The notes: generated from the sequence alone by a model not told the origin. Numbered from the stretch's first letter, positions 27,311 to 37,445 are shown. The stretch: DNA of 64,000 nucleotides from Candidatus Hydrothermarchaeota archaeon (GCA_015521615.1 WANW01000051.1:7918-71917), one strand, 5' to 3'. A program made the numbers and translations.

Positions 27311-28408
27311 CTACAACTCCCACCTCTTAAAAACCCTCAGCTTGAAGCAGGAGAGGCGAGGCTTTCGCATGCCCTTATACTGCACCAGCACTTTGAAAAT
27401 CTCGCCCATGCTTCCCGGCATGAGCAGCCTCTTCAGCGGGAGGAGTGTCCGAAGGTAGGCCTCCTCGCCCTTCTCCTCCCTTATCCTCATCATCTCCTCC
27501 TCCAAGCCCAGGCTGAGCAGGAAGCTCGCCAGGTCGGTGAAGCCGGCGACTTCGAGCCCGAGCTTTCTCCCGAAGTGCGCCAGGGCGGAGAAGTTCACAT
27601 GCGAGGTAATGTCCTGCTCGCCTATGTTCACGTAGGGGCTCTCCACAACGCGGTGGCGGTGGTAGCACAGCAGCGTACCCGCGCTGCGGTAGCTCGCGTA
27701 GAGTTCCTTGCTCGGGTAGCCGTAGTCTATTGTAAGCAGGAAGCCGCGCTTCAGCACCTGCGAAACTTCGCCGAGCCAGCGCAGCGCCTCCAGGTTAACC
27801 TCTGTGCGGAAGCCCTCCTCGAGCTCCACGCCGAGCTCGCGGAAGTATCTCCTGAGCTCCTCCCCCGCCAGGAGAAGCACCTCCCTGAATTCACCTTCCC
27901 TCAGGGTAACGTACACCTCCCTGAGCTCGCCCTCCCGCATCTCCACCACGTGCACCGGGAAGGCGTCCACCAGCTCATTGGAGAAGATGCACCCCTCTAT
28001 CTCGCCCAGCTCTCCTAGCGACTCCACAACCTCCACCCTCCCGCCAAGTGCCGAGCGCTGCCTTCGCCTCATGCTGGGGGAGCGCTCCACTATAACGTAG
28101 CGCACCTCTCCACCAAGTGAGGAGAGCACATCCCCGGCGAGCAGTCCTGTGCCCGCGCCCATCTCCACCAGGGTAAACCTCTCGCTCGCGAGAAGGCGGC
28201 GCATCTCCTCAAACTGCCTCGCAAGCATGGCGCCGAAGAGGGGCGAGACGTTGCTGGCTGTGAAGTAGTCGCCCCGCTTTCCTATCCTCTCCCGCGCAGA
28301 GCAGTAGTAGCCATAGCGCTCGTGGTACAGCGCAAGCTCCATAAAGTCCCTGAAGGGTATCGCTCCCCGCCTCTTAATCTCCTCCACTACAACCTCACGC
28401 GCACTCAT
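27311..28408 (-). CDS. MidA/NDUFAF7-family (DUF185) SAM-dependent methyltransferase
   Basis: MidA motifs FRDFMELALYHERYGYY and GAGTG are present. Confidence 0.65.
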   Translation of the reverse strand: MSAREVVVEEIKRRGAIPFRDFMELALYHERYGYYCSARERIGKRGDYFTASNVSPLFGAMLARQFEEMRRLLASERFTLVEMGAGTGLLAGDVLSSLGGEVRYVIVERSPSMRRRQRSALGGRVEVVESLGELGEIEGCIFSNELVDAFPVHVVEMREGELREVYVTLREGEFREVLLLAGEELRRYFRELGVELEEGFRTEVNLEALRWLGEVSQVLKRGFLLTIDYGYPSKELYASYRSAGTLLCYHRHRVVESPYVNIGEQDITSHVNFSALAHFGRKLGLEVAGFTDLASFLLSLGLEEEMMRIREEKGEEAYLRTLLPLKRLLMPGSMGEIFKVLVQYKGMRKPRLSCFKLRVFKRWEL

Positions 28409-29028
28409 AGCAGCCTCGCCTTGCCCACCAGTGTTGATAAGGTTATTCTCCTGCCTCCCCCTTTAAAGTACTCCATCAGCCTGCTCCACTTCTCCTCGCT
28501 CCACTTCCTCTTAAAGCCTATAAAATAGCTCAAAGCATCCTCGAAGGAGTCAAAGGTGAGCGCCTCCCTCTCCACCACTAGGCGCTCCACCGCAAAGCCG
28601 TTCTCTGTGAGGAGCCTCCTCATCCCGCGCTCAGAGTAGGCGAACCTGGAGCGCCAGCCGATCTCGCGAAGGTTATCCTCCTCTATACATGCGAAGCAAA
28701 CACATTCGCCCCGCTCAAGAGCGTGGGCAGAGTTGACCACGACGCTGTCGTCCATGAAAAAGTGGGCCACCACCATGTCCGGAGCAAAGGCGGAGTAATC
28801 GCACTTCAGGGCGTCACAGGTGCAGAAGACGACGTTGGCCATGCCCATGCGCCTGGCGAGCCTTCTAGCCCTGTCAATCTCCTCTGCGGAGATGTCTATA
28901 CCCACCACAAACTTCGCCAGAGGCGCAAGCTCCAGGGCAAGGGCTCCGCTTCCGCAGCCCACGTCCAGGATGCGCATTTCCGCAAGGGGCTCTTCACTGA
29001 TAAACTCAAGAAGCTTCTGATTTACCAT
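28405..29028 (-). CDS. Class I SAM-dependent methyltransferase
   Basis: Motif I is ILDVGCGSG. Confidence 0.75.
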   Translation of the reverse strand: MVNQKLLEFISEEPLAEMRILDVGCGSGALALELAPLAKFVVGIDISAEEIDRARRLARRMGMANVVFCTCDALKCDYSAFAPDMVVAHFFMDDSVVVNSAHALERGECVCFACIEEDNLREIGWRSRFAYSERGMRRLLTENGFAVERLVVEREALTFDSFEDALSYFIGFKRKWSEEKWSRLMEYFKGGGRRITLSTLVGKARLL

Positions 29029-29091
29029 GGTTAATTAGCACAAAACTACCGAAGTAAGGTTTTGTAAATTTTTAGAAAGAAACCCATCACA

Positions 29092-29110
29092 GTTTCATTA
29101 AAAATGAAAC
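29092..29110. promoter_or_regulatory. Inverted repeat GTTTCATT-aaa-AATGAAAC in the histone gene promoter
   Basis: Read directly from the sequence, 67 nt upstream of the histone ATG. Confidence 0.35.
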
Positions 29111-29176
29111 CACACACAAAAACAGGCGAAAGATTTATCTTTAATGAGGTGAAATCAAATTGTGAGGTGATTATTT

Positions 29177-29377
29177 ATGGGAGAACTGCCAGTATCCGCA
29201 TGCGGTAGGATAATAAGAAACGCAACAAACATGCGTGTTGGAAGAGACGCCGCTGTTGTTTTAGCTGAGATGCTTGAGGAGATAGGCGAGGAGATAGCCT
29301 CAGAGGCAGGAAAACTAGCCAAGCATGCGAAAAGGAAGACAGTGAAAGCCTCTGATATAAAGCTGGCTATTAAGTAA
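29177..29377 (+). CDS. Archaeal histone (HMf-like)
   Basis: 66 aa. The sequence is histone-fold ([16 protein letters not shown]...ASDIKLAIK). Confidence 0.9.
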   Translation: MGELPVSACGRIIRNATNMRVGRDAAVVLAEMLEEIGEEIASEAGKLAKHAKRKTVKASDIKLAIK

Positions 29378-29391
29378 ACCACCTGCCCGGA

Positions 29392-30192
29392 TTATACCCC
29401 GGGTAACCACGCACCCATTACGTCGTCTCTATCTATTATTCCCACCACTTTTTTATTTTCCACAACAGGAAGGCGGCCTATATACTTTTCAACCATAATT
29501 TTTCCGGCCTCGCGTACATCGGTTTCCCTGTAGACTGTAACCGCTGGCGTCGTCATCACCTTCTCAACACTCGGTGGATTCCTCGCTTTACCTTTGTCGT
29601 CTTCGCGGGATATTCTTGCAAATCCTGAATCTATTATATCCTTTCTGGTAATTATCCCGATTATCTCACCATTTTTTACAACCGGGATACCGGAAAAACC
29701 GGTGTCGTCCATTTTTGCCCAGACCTTTGTCACCGGGTCGTCGTAGCTGCAGGTCACCACCTCTGTGGTCATAATGTCCGCAACCCTCTTTTTAATTGGC
29801 TCATGCCCGCTCTCGAGAAGTGCCTTGATGATGTCGTGAGCACTTATTATCCCACAGAGGGTTGAATCAGTAGCCGAGGCGACCACAGGAAGGCGCTCCA
29901 CATCCAGACGAATCATCTTCCTCGCAGCGTCTAAAATACTCTCCTCTGGCAGGGCAGTATCAACACTTGTTGACATAAGCCCGCCCACAAGTATATTTGA
30001 CCTGCTGGAGGTTATCCTCATTATATCCCCACGGGTTATTATCCCTATAAGCCTGCCCTCACTGTCAACCACAGGAAAGCTCCTGTATCCATATTCTCTG
30101 AAAAGGGCCCTTGCCTTAGTGGCTGGTTCATCCTCATGCACAGTTACAACGCTGGTGGTCATTACATCTTTAACCTTCGGAAGCTCGCTCAA
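29392..30192 (-). CDS. CBS-domain protein with four CBS repeats
   Basis: Repeated CBS sequence patterns are present. Confidence 0.8.
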   Translation of the reverse strand: MSELPKVKDVMTTSVVTVHEDEPATKARALFREYGYRSFPVVDSEGRLIGIITRGDIMRITSSRSNILVGGLMSTSVDTALPEESILDAARKMIRLDVERLPVVASATDSTLCGIISAHDIIKALLESGHEPIKKRVADIMTTEVVTCSYDDPVTKVWAKMDDTGFSGIPVVKNGEIIGIITRKDIIDSGFARISREDDKGKARNPPSVEKVMTTPAVTVYRETDVREAGKIMVEKYIGRLPVVENKKVVGIIDRDDVMGAWLPGV

Positions 30193-30204
30193 CCTACCGC
30201 CCCC

Positions 30205-30759
30205 TCACTCACCCATTAAGTCTTCCTTGCAGCTCTCGCACACAAAAATACCATTCACCTCGTAGAGGGTTACGCCGTAGTCACCGCAGTTCTCACAGGT
30301 GCCCTTCTCAGGCACCTCCTTGGGCATGCTCTCACCCTCCTGCTTCATCGCAGCAAGCTCGCGGAGCACCTCTATCTGCTCGGGGGCTATAGCAAGGATA
30401 TCCTTATTTGTGATTATTCCCACAAGCTTCCCGTTCTCTATAACAGGAAGCCGGCGGATGTTATACTTTGCCATTATTCTTGATGCTTCTGTAAGAGTTT
30501 TATCTGGCGAAATGGTGCGAAGATTTTTGCTCATTATATCCTTGACCTTGACCATAGAAGGCTTCAGATCAGTGGCGGCAACGCAGTAGGCAACATCCCG
30601 CTCTGTAATAATTCCTATGGGCTTATCCCCCTGGACCACTACCACGCTTCCTATGTTGTTGTCTGCCATAAGCTTGGCTGCTTCCTGAACTGTGGCATTT
30701 GGATCAGTAGTTACCACAGGCCGGGTCATAGCTTCTCTGACCTTGACCTCTGTATCCAT
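30205..30759 (-). CDS. CBS-pair protein with a C-terminal Zn ribbon
   Basis: Two CBS domains are followed by CENCG...CESC. Confidence 0.8.
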   Translation of the reverse strand: MDTEVKVREAMTRPVVTTDPNATVQEAAKLMADNNIGSVVVVQGDKPIGIITERDVAYCVAATDLKPSMVKVKDIMSKNLRTISPDKTLTEASRIMAKYNIRRLPVIENGKLVGIITNKDILAIAPEQIEVLRELAAMKQEGESMPKEVPEKGTCENCGDYGVTLYEVNGIFVCESCKEDLMGE

Positions 30760-30831
30760 AGCTTTACCTCCTTCTACGATTGTGGATTTATGTATGGGAT
30801 ATAAATATTTTGTTCTCAGAAATATAAAGAC

Positions 30832-31314
30832 ATGCAGTTTGTCGCTGATGCGATGCTGGGCAAGCTTGCAAGGTGGCTTCGCCTGAGTGGCTACGATGTT
30901 TATTACAGCAGAAATGCCAAGGATGAGGAATTGTTAAATGTGGCCCGGCACGAGGGGAGAGTCCTGCTGACAAGGGACATAACCCTCGCAGAGAAAGCGA
31001 GGAGGCTGGGGATTAAGGTAGCACTGGTGGAGAGCAACTCCATTGAAGACCAGCTTATCCAGCTAAAAAGAGAGCTCGGGCTGAGATATGAAAGAACACC
31101 TGAAAAAGCGCTGTGCCCGGGGTGCAACGGCTCCCTAGAGGAGGTGGGCAGGGAGGAGGTCGCAGAACTCCTGCCCCGGGGAGTGCTTGAGGCTCATAAA
31201 GAATTCTACCGATGCACGCAGTGTGGTAAGATTTACTGGCAGGGCAAACACTGGCAGAGCATAGCCAGGAGAGTGGTGAGGATTGAAGACAAAGTATCGT
31301 CTTCCGGGAAGTAA
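30832..31314 (+). CDS. Mut7-C (DUF82) PIN-like RNase-domain protein
   Basis: The N-terminus MQFVADAMLGKLARWLRLSGYDV is followed by a Zn ribbon (CPGCNG...CTQCGKIYW). Confidence 0.7.
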   Translation: MQFVADAMLGKLARWLRLSGYDVYYSRNAKDEELLNVARHEGRVLLTRDITLAEKARRLGIKVALVESNSIEDQLIQLKRELGLRYERTPEKALCPGCNGSLEEVGREEVAELLPRGVLEAHKEFYRCTQCGKIYWQGKHWQSIARRVVRIEDKVSSSGK

Positions 31315-31666
31315 CATTGTTGTTAGAGCAGCGCGGGATGTGCTCAAAAAAAGAGGGGAGGTTAATTCCCTGGCTCAGATGCACTCTCTGGTGCTGGAGA
31401 GATTGAGGAGGGAAAATCCAGAATACAGGCTTTCCAGAGCGAGATTGCTAAAAATTCTTGCCCTATCGCCGAAGGTGAGAATTAAAGTAGAGAAGCGCAA
31501 GGCAAGACGAAGCCCAAGGCTCTGTCCTCTGTGCGGCTCTGAGATGGAAGACCTCTACGGCATGAACCTCTTCGGCAGAAGGGTAAAGCTCGGAAAAAAG
31601 TGTGCAAACTGTGGATACAGTGTTGAGAGGAGACTGGAACCAAGGAGGTATGTATTCTACCTTTGA
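31283..31666 (+). CDS. Hypothetical Zn-ribbon protein overlapping the Mut7-C gene
   Basis: The ribbon is CPLCGSEM...CANCG. An internal ATG at about 31376 is an alternative start. It overlaps the upstream gene by 32 nt in a different frame. Confidence 0.35.
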   Translation: MKTKYRLPGSNIVVRAARDVLKKRGEVNSLAQMHSLVLERLRRENPEYRLSRARLLKILALSPKVRIKVEKRKARRSPRLCPLCGSEMEDLYGMNLFGRRVKLGKKCANCGYSVERRLEPRRYVFYL

Positions 31667-31852
31667 GCCGAAAGCCATATATATGCACCCGGGGCACGGA
31701 TTTTTCGGGGTTTAAATGAAGCTTAAATTCAGACTGATAGACGTGCTAAGGGCAAAATTGGGGGAAACGGAGGATATTGATAGGGAGCTTATTGACAGGT
31801 TTGAGGATATTGAGAAGAGCCTGGAAAGGGGGAGCTGGCGCATCGTTGCACC

Positions 31853-32935
31853 CTAGAGCACCTCTTCCAGCGTCTCCACGAACCTCCTGTTCTGTTCAGG
31901 TGTGCCCACGCTCACCCTGACGTAGCGTGCATCCAGGCCGGGAAATGACTCGCAGCCACGTGTTATAATACCTCGTTTCATTAGCTCCTCTACAAGCCCC
32001 TGCTTATCTGTCCTGAAAAGCACAAAATTGGCATGAGACCTGAATGCCTTTATCCCCAGCTTCCTCAGCTGCTCTATGATGTACCTCCTGCCCTCCCTAA
32101 CAACCTCAACACTCCGCCTTAGGAAATCTCTGTCATCAAGCGCCGCAATAGCAGCAAGCTGGGCGAGAAGGTTCACGCTGAAGGGCTGCCTAACGCGCGC
32201 CAGATAGTCCACAACCTCCTCACTTGCCAGGCAGTAGCCCACACGTAGCCCTGCCAGACCGAAGGCTTTTGAGAAGGTTCTGAGCACCACCAGATTCTCA
32301 TAATGCTCAACGAGGTGGGCGAAGCTCGTGCCGGAGAACTCAGCGTATGCCTCATCGAGCACGACAATCACGTCCCTCTCCAGCATCTCCCGGAGCAATG
32401 CCTCAGGTACAAGATTTCCCGTGGGGTTGTTGGGTGAGCAAATAAAGAGGAGCTTCGCCTGCTCGGCTGCGTCGAGCAGGGCTGCCTCATCAAACGAATA
32501 CTCGATTTCACCCTCTTTAAGCTGGACCTCAATGCACCGTGCACCGTACATGGTTATTAAAATTTTGTAGTAGGAGAAGGTGGGTGGTGTTATTACAGCG
32601 CCCTCGCCCCGGGAGAGGAAAACCTTAACACACTGCTCCATAACGTCGTCGCTGCCATTGCCAACCAGAATGTTCTCTGGAGATAAGCCCACGTAGTGGG
32701 AGAGCGCCTCCCGTAGTTCGTCAGCCATGGCTTCTGGATAAATATTCACCCTTCCGGCATTTGCACGAATCGCCTCTATCGCCTTTGGCGACGCACCCAG
32801 GGGATTCTCATTGGATGCGAGCTTTATTATCTCCTCTGGAGGCAGAGAGTAGGTTCTTGCAATCTCCTCAATGCCTCTCCCCGGGATGTAAGGCGGCACG
32901 CGCTTTATCTCCTCTTTTACCAGCCTCTCTATCAT
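31853..32935 (-). CDS. hisC: Histidinol-phosphate aminotransferase
   Basis: Class II aminotransferase with LASNENPLG. The start is probably MIERL at 32935. The track start is 32974. Confidence 0.8.
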   Translation of the reverse strand: MIERLVKEEIKRVPPYIPGRGIEEIARTYSLPPEEIIKLASNENPLGASPKAIEAIRANAGRVNIYPEAMADELREALSHYVGLSPENILVGNGSDDVMEQCVKVFLSRGEGAVITPPTFSYYKILITMYGARCIEVQLKEGEIEYSFDEAALLDAAEQAKLLFICSPNNPTGNLVPEALLREMLERDVIVVLDEAYAEFSGTSFAHLVEHYENLVVLRTFSKAFGLAGLRVGYCLASEEVVDYLARVRQPFSVNLLAQLAAIAALDDRDFLRRSVEVVREGRRYIIEQLRKLGIKAFRSHANFVLFRTDKQGLVEELMKRGIITRGCESFPGLDARYVRVSVGTPEQNRRFVETLEEVL

Positions 32936-34110
32936 TCTGGCACCCCTTTTAGTATCCCGCCCAGCCTCGAGCACACCTGGTCTATCTGTTCCTTTGTTAT
33001 CACCAGGGGCGGGGCAAACCGCAGCACCCTCTCATGGGTGCAGTTGAGAAGCAAACCGTGCTCAAGACCCTTTTTCACAATCTCAGCGCAGGGTATGCTG
33101 AGTTCAACACCTATCAGCAATCCTCTGCCGCGCACTTCCTTTATGACCTCATGCTCCCTCTGAAGCTGTCCGAGCTTTTCCATAAAGTACTCGCCCAATT
33201 CACGGGCGCGCTGAGCCAGGCGCTCCTCCTCAACTATCTCAAGCACCACCTTCGCCACGGCACACGCGAGCGGGTTGCCCCCAAAGGTTGAAGCATGGTC
33301 ACCCGGTGAGAAGGAATCCATAACCTCAGGCTTTGCAAGCATTGCACCAATGGGAAATCCAGCACCAAGCGCTTTTGCAAGGGTAAAAACATCCGGCTCA
33401 ATACCAAGACCCTGCCAGGCAAAGAGCGTGCCTGTGCGTGCTATACCTGTCTGCACCTCATCAAGCACTAGAAGCACATCTCTTGCATCGCAGAGTTCGC
33501 GAACCTCTTTAAAATAATCTTCCGGCGGAATAATGACACCACCCTCTCCCTGTATCGGCTCGAGAATTACAGCGGCAGTGTCTTTTGTTATTGCCTTTCG
33601 CAGTGCCTCAATGTTGCCATATTCAACGTGCTTAAAACCAGGTACGAGGGGTTTAAAGGCTGTGCGATATTTTTCCTGCCCCGTCGCCGATAGGCTCCCC
33701 AGGGTTCGCCCGTGGAAGGAATTCCTGGCCGCTATTATCTCACGCTTGCGGCTGTGCTTTCTCACCAGCTTTATCGCAGCCTCCACAGCCTCTGTACCCG
33801 AGTTGCAGAAGAAGCTCCTGTAACCCCCGGTTAGCTCACACAGCTTCTCGGCGAGCTCCACCTGGGGCGGGATGTAGTAGAGGTTGGAGACATGCATGAG
33901 TTTTGAGGCCTGCTCCTGAAGCGCGCGGAGCACCCTGGGGTGGGAGTGCCCCACATTTAATACAGCTATGCCCGCGATGCAGTCTATGTACTCCTTCCCG
34001 TGGATGTCCCTCACCAAAGCACCTCTGCCCTCGACCAGCGCAACTGGCAGGCGAGAATACGTCTGAGCAACACAGCGCCTGTCCAGCTCCACAAGCGTTG
34101 AGAAGTCCAT
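32932..34110 (-). CDS. argD: Class III aminotransferase (acetylornithine/LysW-aminoadipate semialdehyde aminotransferase)
   Basis: 392 aa. PLP motifs and an LVxDEVQTGIARTG region are present. Confidence 0.8.
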   Translation of the reverse strand: MDFSTLVELDRRCVAQTYSRLPVALVEGRGALVRDIHGKEYIDCIAGIAVLNVGHSHPRVLRALQEQASKLMHVSNLYYIPPQVELAEKLCELTGGYRSFFCNSGTEAVEAAIKLVRKHSRKREIIAARNSFHGRTLGSLSATGQEKYRTAFKPLVPGFKHVEYGNIEALRKAITKDTAAVILEPIQGEGGVIIPPEDYFKEVRELCDARDVLLVLDEVQTGIARTGTLFAWQGLGIEPDVFTLAKALGAGFPIGAMLAKPEVMDSFSPGDHASTFGGNPLACAVAKVVLEIVEEERLAQRARELGEYFMEKLGQLQREHEVIKEVRGRGLLIGVELSIPCAEIVKKGLEHGLLLNCTHERVLRFAPPLVITKEQIDQVCSRLGGILKGVPE

Positions 34111-34178
34111 GCAGAGAAGTGGTGGCGGAGAAATAAAAAGTTTGCCTCTCTGTAAGCTGCCTTTCGGACTGGTCAGAC

Positions 34179-35048
34179 CTACTCCACGGGAAACTTCTCG
34201 TACAGCACCTTCCTCCTCGCCTCCAGCATTAGCTCCTCTTTGCCCGCAAACTCTGCGGCACTCACCACGCGCTTGCCAAGCTTTGTGGCAACGTCAAAGA
34301 CTTTACTGAGCTTCTGCCGCCATTCCAGGTCACGCAGCAGATGATGGTCGAGTATCAGATTCTCCACCTTTGTGGTCTCAAGAATTTTTACCAGATTCTC
34401 CACCGACTTATTGAGGCTCGCCTGTGCATAGCGGTAACCCAGCATGTAGCTCATGGGACCGTCGATATAAATCGTGTCCGGATTCTGTCTGAGAATAAAC
34501 TCTGCCTGATCGTCTATACTCGGCCCTTCGACGTCGCTGCTGAAAACAAAGCACTCGTCATCGCGGCGCACTGCAATCTCTGTAACATATCCCAGCCTCG
34601 GATTGGTGCCGTGGTACACCGCCTTGGAGAACACCAGCTCAGTATCGCCGAAGGAGAAGCTTCTGCCGTCGCAGTACTCCAAGCGTTCCGGGAGTTCGCC
34701 GAGCTTCTCAATAAAGTACTTGGCCCTCCCCCTTTGACTACGGTTTATATTTTCTGTAGGGTGCTTCAGCAGCACAAGCTTGCCTTCGTAAATCTCCGGC
34801 TCCTCCGGCGAGTGGTGGTCGTAGTGGTAGTGGGTGACCACCATCACGTCGCTGCGCTCCGCATAGCTCTTGATTCGCTTCCAGTCCTCCTCCAGCTTTT
34901 GATACTCAAGCGGGTGCGGAGGAAGCCCGTACCTCCTGGGCCCAAGCGCAACACCGGGGTCTATTAACACCCTAACGTCGTCGGTTTCAACGTAGGTGGC
35001 CATACTCCTCGTGCCCATCGAATCACTCGCCAGAAGTTCTATTTTCAT
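34179..35048 (-). CDS. Metallo-beta-lactamase-fold protein (archaeal UPF0282-like)
   Basis: An HYHYDHH motif is present. Confidence 0.6.
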   Translation of the reverse strand: MKIELLASDSMGTRSMATYVETDDVRVLIDPGVALGPRRYGLPPHPLEYQKLEEDWKRIKSYAERSDVMVVTHYHYDHHSPEEPEIYEGKLVLLKHPTENINRSQRGRAKYFIEKLGELPERLEYCDGRSFSFGDTELVFSKAVYHGTNPRLGYVTEIAVRRDDECFVFSSDVEGPSIDDQAEFILRQNPDTIYIDGPMSYMLGYRYAQASLNKSVENLVKILETTKVENLILDHHLLRDLEWRQKLSKVFDVATKLGKRVVSAAEFAGKEELMLEARRKVLYEKFPVE

Positions 35049-35133
35049 GCCTCTCCCTTCTCCCTGCGTTGCACCTTATTTATATTGCACTGCAGGAATA
35101 TTAAATTATGCAGATACCAAAGAGGCGGAGGGT

Positions 35134-35904
35134 ATGACGTTTAATATACCTTTCAATAAAAACGAGAAGCTCCGTGAGGTGGTTAGAAGGATAGACAGGA
35201 GCGAGAAGATAAGAGCCTACATTGAAGCGGCGAACGTCACGGCGATAGCCAGGCTGGGCTACAATGACCACGGTTATGTGCACTCAAAAATCGTAGCCAA
35301 CCTTGCCCTGAAGATGCTCCGCGTGCTGGTGAAACATGGGCTAAAGCCGGGTATTGTTAAAGACCATCACCTCACTGAGAATGATGCTGAGGTAGTGGTG
35401 GTGCTCGCCTCAGTATTTCATGACATAGGCATGGCGGTGCACAGGGCAAATCATGTCGAATACGGCACTGCTATAGCCTTTCAGCTCCTCAGCGAACTCC
35501 TGGAGGGCATCTATGATGAACGCTCCAAGGCTATAGTGGTGAGTGAGGCTCTGCATGCTATTTCAAGTCACGAGGTGGGCGTAAAGCCACTAACCTTGGA
35601 GGCAGGCATTGTTACAGTAGCCGACGCTCTGGACATAGCCGGTGGAAGGGCAAGGATACCCTTCTCAAAGGGCAAGATTGACATACACAGTGTCTCAGCA
35701 ATGGCAATTGAGGGTGTTGAGGTTAAAGAAGGAGATGAGGTGCCACTGAAAATCAAAATAAAGATGAGCAACTCCGCGGGAATCTTTCAGATTGACGAGC
35801 TTCTAAAGCCCAGAGTGCTGGAGTCGGGTCTCAAAGACTACCTCCACATTGAGGCAGAGATTACAGGAGAGGAGAAGAGGATTCTCAAAAAAATTGAGCT
35901 GTGA
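35134..35904 (+). CDS. HD-domain phosphohydrolase
   Basis: HD motifs H...HDIG are present. A start at 35134 (MTFNIP) follows a GGAGG. The track start is 34996. Confidence 0.7.
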   Translation: MTFNIPFNKNEKLREVVRRIDRSEKIRAYIEAANVTAIARLGYNDHGYVHSKIVANLALKMLRVLVKHGLKPGIVKDHHLTENDAEVVVVLASVFHDIGMAVHRANHVEYGTAIAFQLLSELLEGIYDERSKAIVVSEALHAISSHEVGVKPLTLEAGIVTVADALDIAGGRARIPFSKGKIDIHSVSAMAIEGVEVKEGDEVPLKIKIKMSNSAGIFQIDELLKPRVLESGLKDYLHIEAEITGEEKRILKKIEL

Positions 35905-35949
35905 AAAGGCGTTACCTATATATCACCGGCTTTCCCCAGTAATACTACT

Positions 35950-36789
35950 ATGCAGGACTACACCGGCTTCTTCGGCTCCCTCATATGGTGGCTTTTTATC
36001 TTCTACCTTGTGCTGGGTCCGCAGCTCCAGCACCGAAGTCTCCAAGCTGCACGGCAGAGGCTGCTCAGAAAGCTGGGTGAGAAGCGGGGAAGCAATGTGA
36101 TAACCCTTATTCACAGGCAGGAGAGCATTGGCCTGTTTGGCATACCCTTTTACAGGTTTATCGACATAGACGACTCGGAGCAGGTGCTCAGGGCGATACG
36201 CTCCACCCCCAGTGATAAACCCATAGACTTAATAATAAACACCCCGGGCGGGCTTGTGCTTGCGGCCAGTCAGATAGCAAGGGCGATTAAGGAGCACAGA
36301 GCAAAAACCACGGTGATTGTACCCCACTATGCTATGAGCGGCGGCACACTAATTGCCCTTGCAGCGGACGAGATACTCATGGACCCCAATGCTGTGCTCG
36401 GGCCTATCGACCCGCAGATTAAGGAGTTTCCAGCACCCTCTGTGCTGAAGGCTGTGGAGAAGAAGGGTGCGGACAAAGTGAAAGATGAAACGCTCATTAT
36501 GGCGGATATCGCAGAGAAGGCGATAAGACAGATTCAGGAGTTCGTATATGAGCTTCTGAAGGATAAGTACGGTGAAGATAAGGCAAGGGAGCTTGCGAGG
36601 GTGCTAACAGAAGGCAGGTGGACTCATGACTTTCCGATAACTGTGGACGTGGCCAGGGAACTGGGACTTAGGGTTAGCACTTCAGTGCCAGAGGAAGTTT
36701 ATTCCCTGATGGAACTCTATCCACAGCCCATAACAAAACGCCATCCAAGCGTTGAGTTTATTCCCACGCCCAGCAAGCAGCAGAAGTGA
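35950..36789 (+). CDS. SDH-family ClpP-fold serine protease with an N-terminal membrane anchor
   Basis: A TM helix is followed by a Clp/SppA-like INTPGG...GxSGG-like core. Confidence 0.6.
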   Translation: MQDYTGFFGSLIWWLFIFYLVLGPQLQHRSLQAARQRLLRKLGEKRGSNVITLIHRQESIGLFGIPFYRFIDIDDSEQVLRAIRSTPSDKPIDLIINTPGGLVLAASQIARAIKEHRAKTTVIVPHYAMSGGTLIALAADEILMDPNAVLGPIDPQIKEFPAPSVLKAVEKKGADKVKDETLIMADIAEKAIRQIQEFVYELLKDKYGEDKARELARVLTEGRWTHDFPITVDVARELGLRVSTSVPEEVYSLMELYPQPITKRHPSVEFIPTPSKQQK

Positions 36790-36791
36790 GC

Positions 36792-37445
36792 CTATTTCAG
36801 GATTACTATGTTGCCCCTGCCCTTTTTTATCTTTTTGATTTTGCCTCTGTGCTCCAGGTCAGTCAGCATCAGGCTGAGCTTTGCTTCAGAGCATCCGAGC
36901 CTCTTCCGCAACTCACTCTGCTTTACCCTTCCTCCTTCCTTTCTTATAATCTCCAGCACCTGGACAAGGTCCTCAGGCAGCGGCTCCGGTTCTTCCTCCT
37001 TTCTCCTCCGTTTCAGATAAAGATAGCCTGCAAAAATTGCCAAAATAATGAAAACGACGATGAGCATAAACAGATAACTGTTACTTTGCTTCCCCTCTTC
37101 GAGGATGCTCACATCGATATCATCAAAGAGAAGTTCCTCCTCGAGAGTCGGAAAGAGTATCAGATCTATTCTGTAGCTACCATTCTGGGGAACCTCAAGC
37201 TCTTCCTCAGTCTCAAGCTTCAGAAGATTGTTCTCGTAATACCTTGCCTTCAGCAGATAGCTTCCCCCAGGTACAGAAAATGAGTAGCTTCCATCTCTTG
37301 ATACAAGTACTTGCTCTGGCGTGGTATTTATCTCCACAACCACCCCGCTGAGGGGCTCAAGGGTTTCCCAGTTGTAGAGGTTACCATAAATTTGAGCTGC
37401 ATAAGTTAATGGCATGCTAAGGAGCAGAAGCAGCAATACTCTCAT
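36792..37445 (-). CDS. Membrane-tethered transcription regulator: signal peptide, extracellular beta-sandwich (carboxypeptidase-regulatory-like), TM helix, cytoplasmic winged helix
   Basis: The signal peptide is MRVLLLLLLSMPLTYAA. The TM helix is LFMLIVVFIILAIFAGYLYL. The C-terminal wHTH is LEIIRKEGGRVKQSELRKRLGCSEAKLSLMLTDLEHRGKI. Confidence 0.55.
   Translation of the reverse strand: MRVLLLLLLSMPLTYAAQIYGNLYNWETLEPLSGVVVEINTTPEQVLVSRDGSYSFSVPGGSYLLKARYYENNLLKLETEEELEVPQNGSYRIDLILFPTLEEELLFDDIDVSILEEGKQSNSYLFMLIVVFIILAIFAGYLYLKRRRKEEEPEPLPEDLVQVLEIIRKEGGRVKQSELRKRLGCSEAKLSLMLTDLEHRGKIKKIKKGRGNIVILK

Noticed and set aside
31716-31856. 46-aa plus-strand ORF (MKLKFRLIDVLRAKLGETEDIDRELIDRFEDIEKSLERGSWRIVAP) between the Zn-ribbon ORF and hisC
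   Set aside because: It is not a bad ORF, but it has no RBS-like element, no recognisable motif, and overlaps the hisC 3' end. The evidence is too weak to call it a gene.
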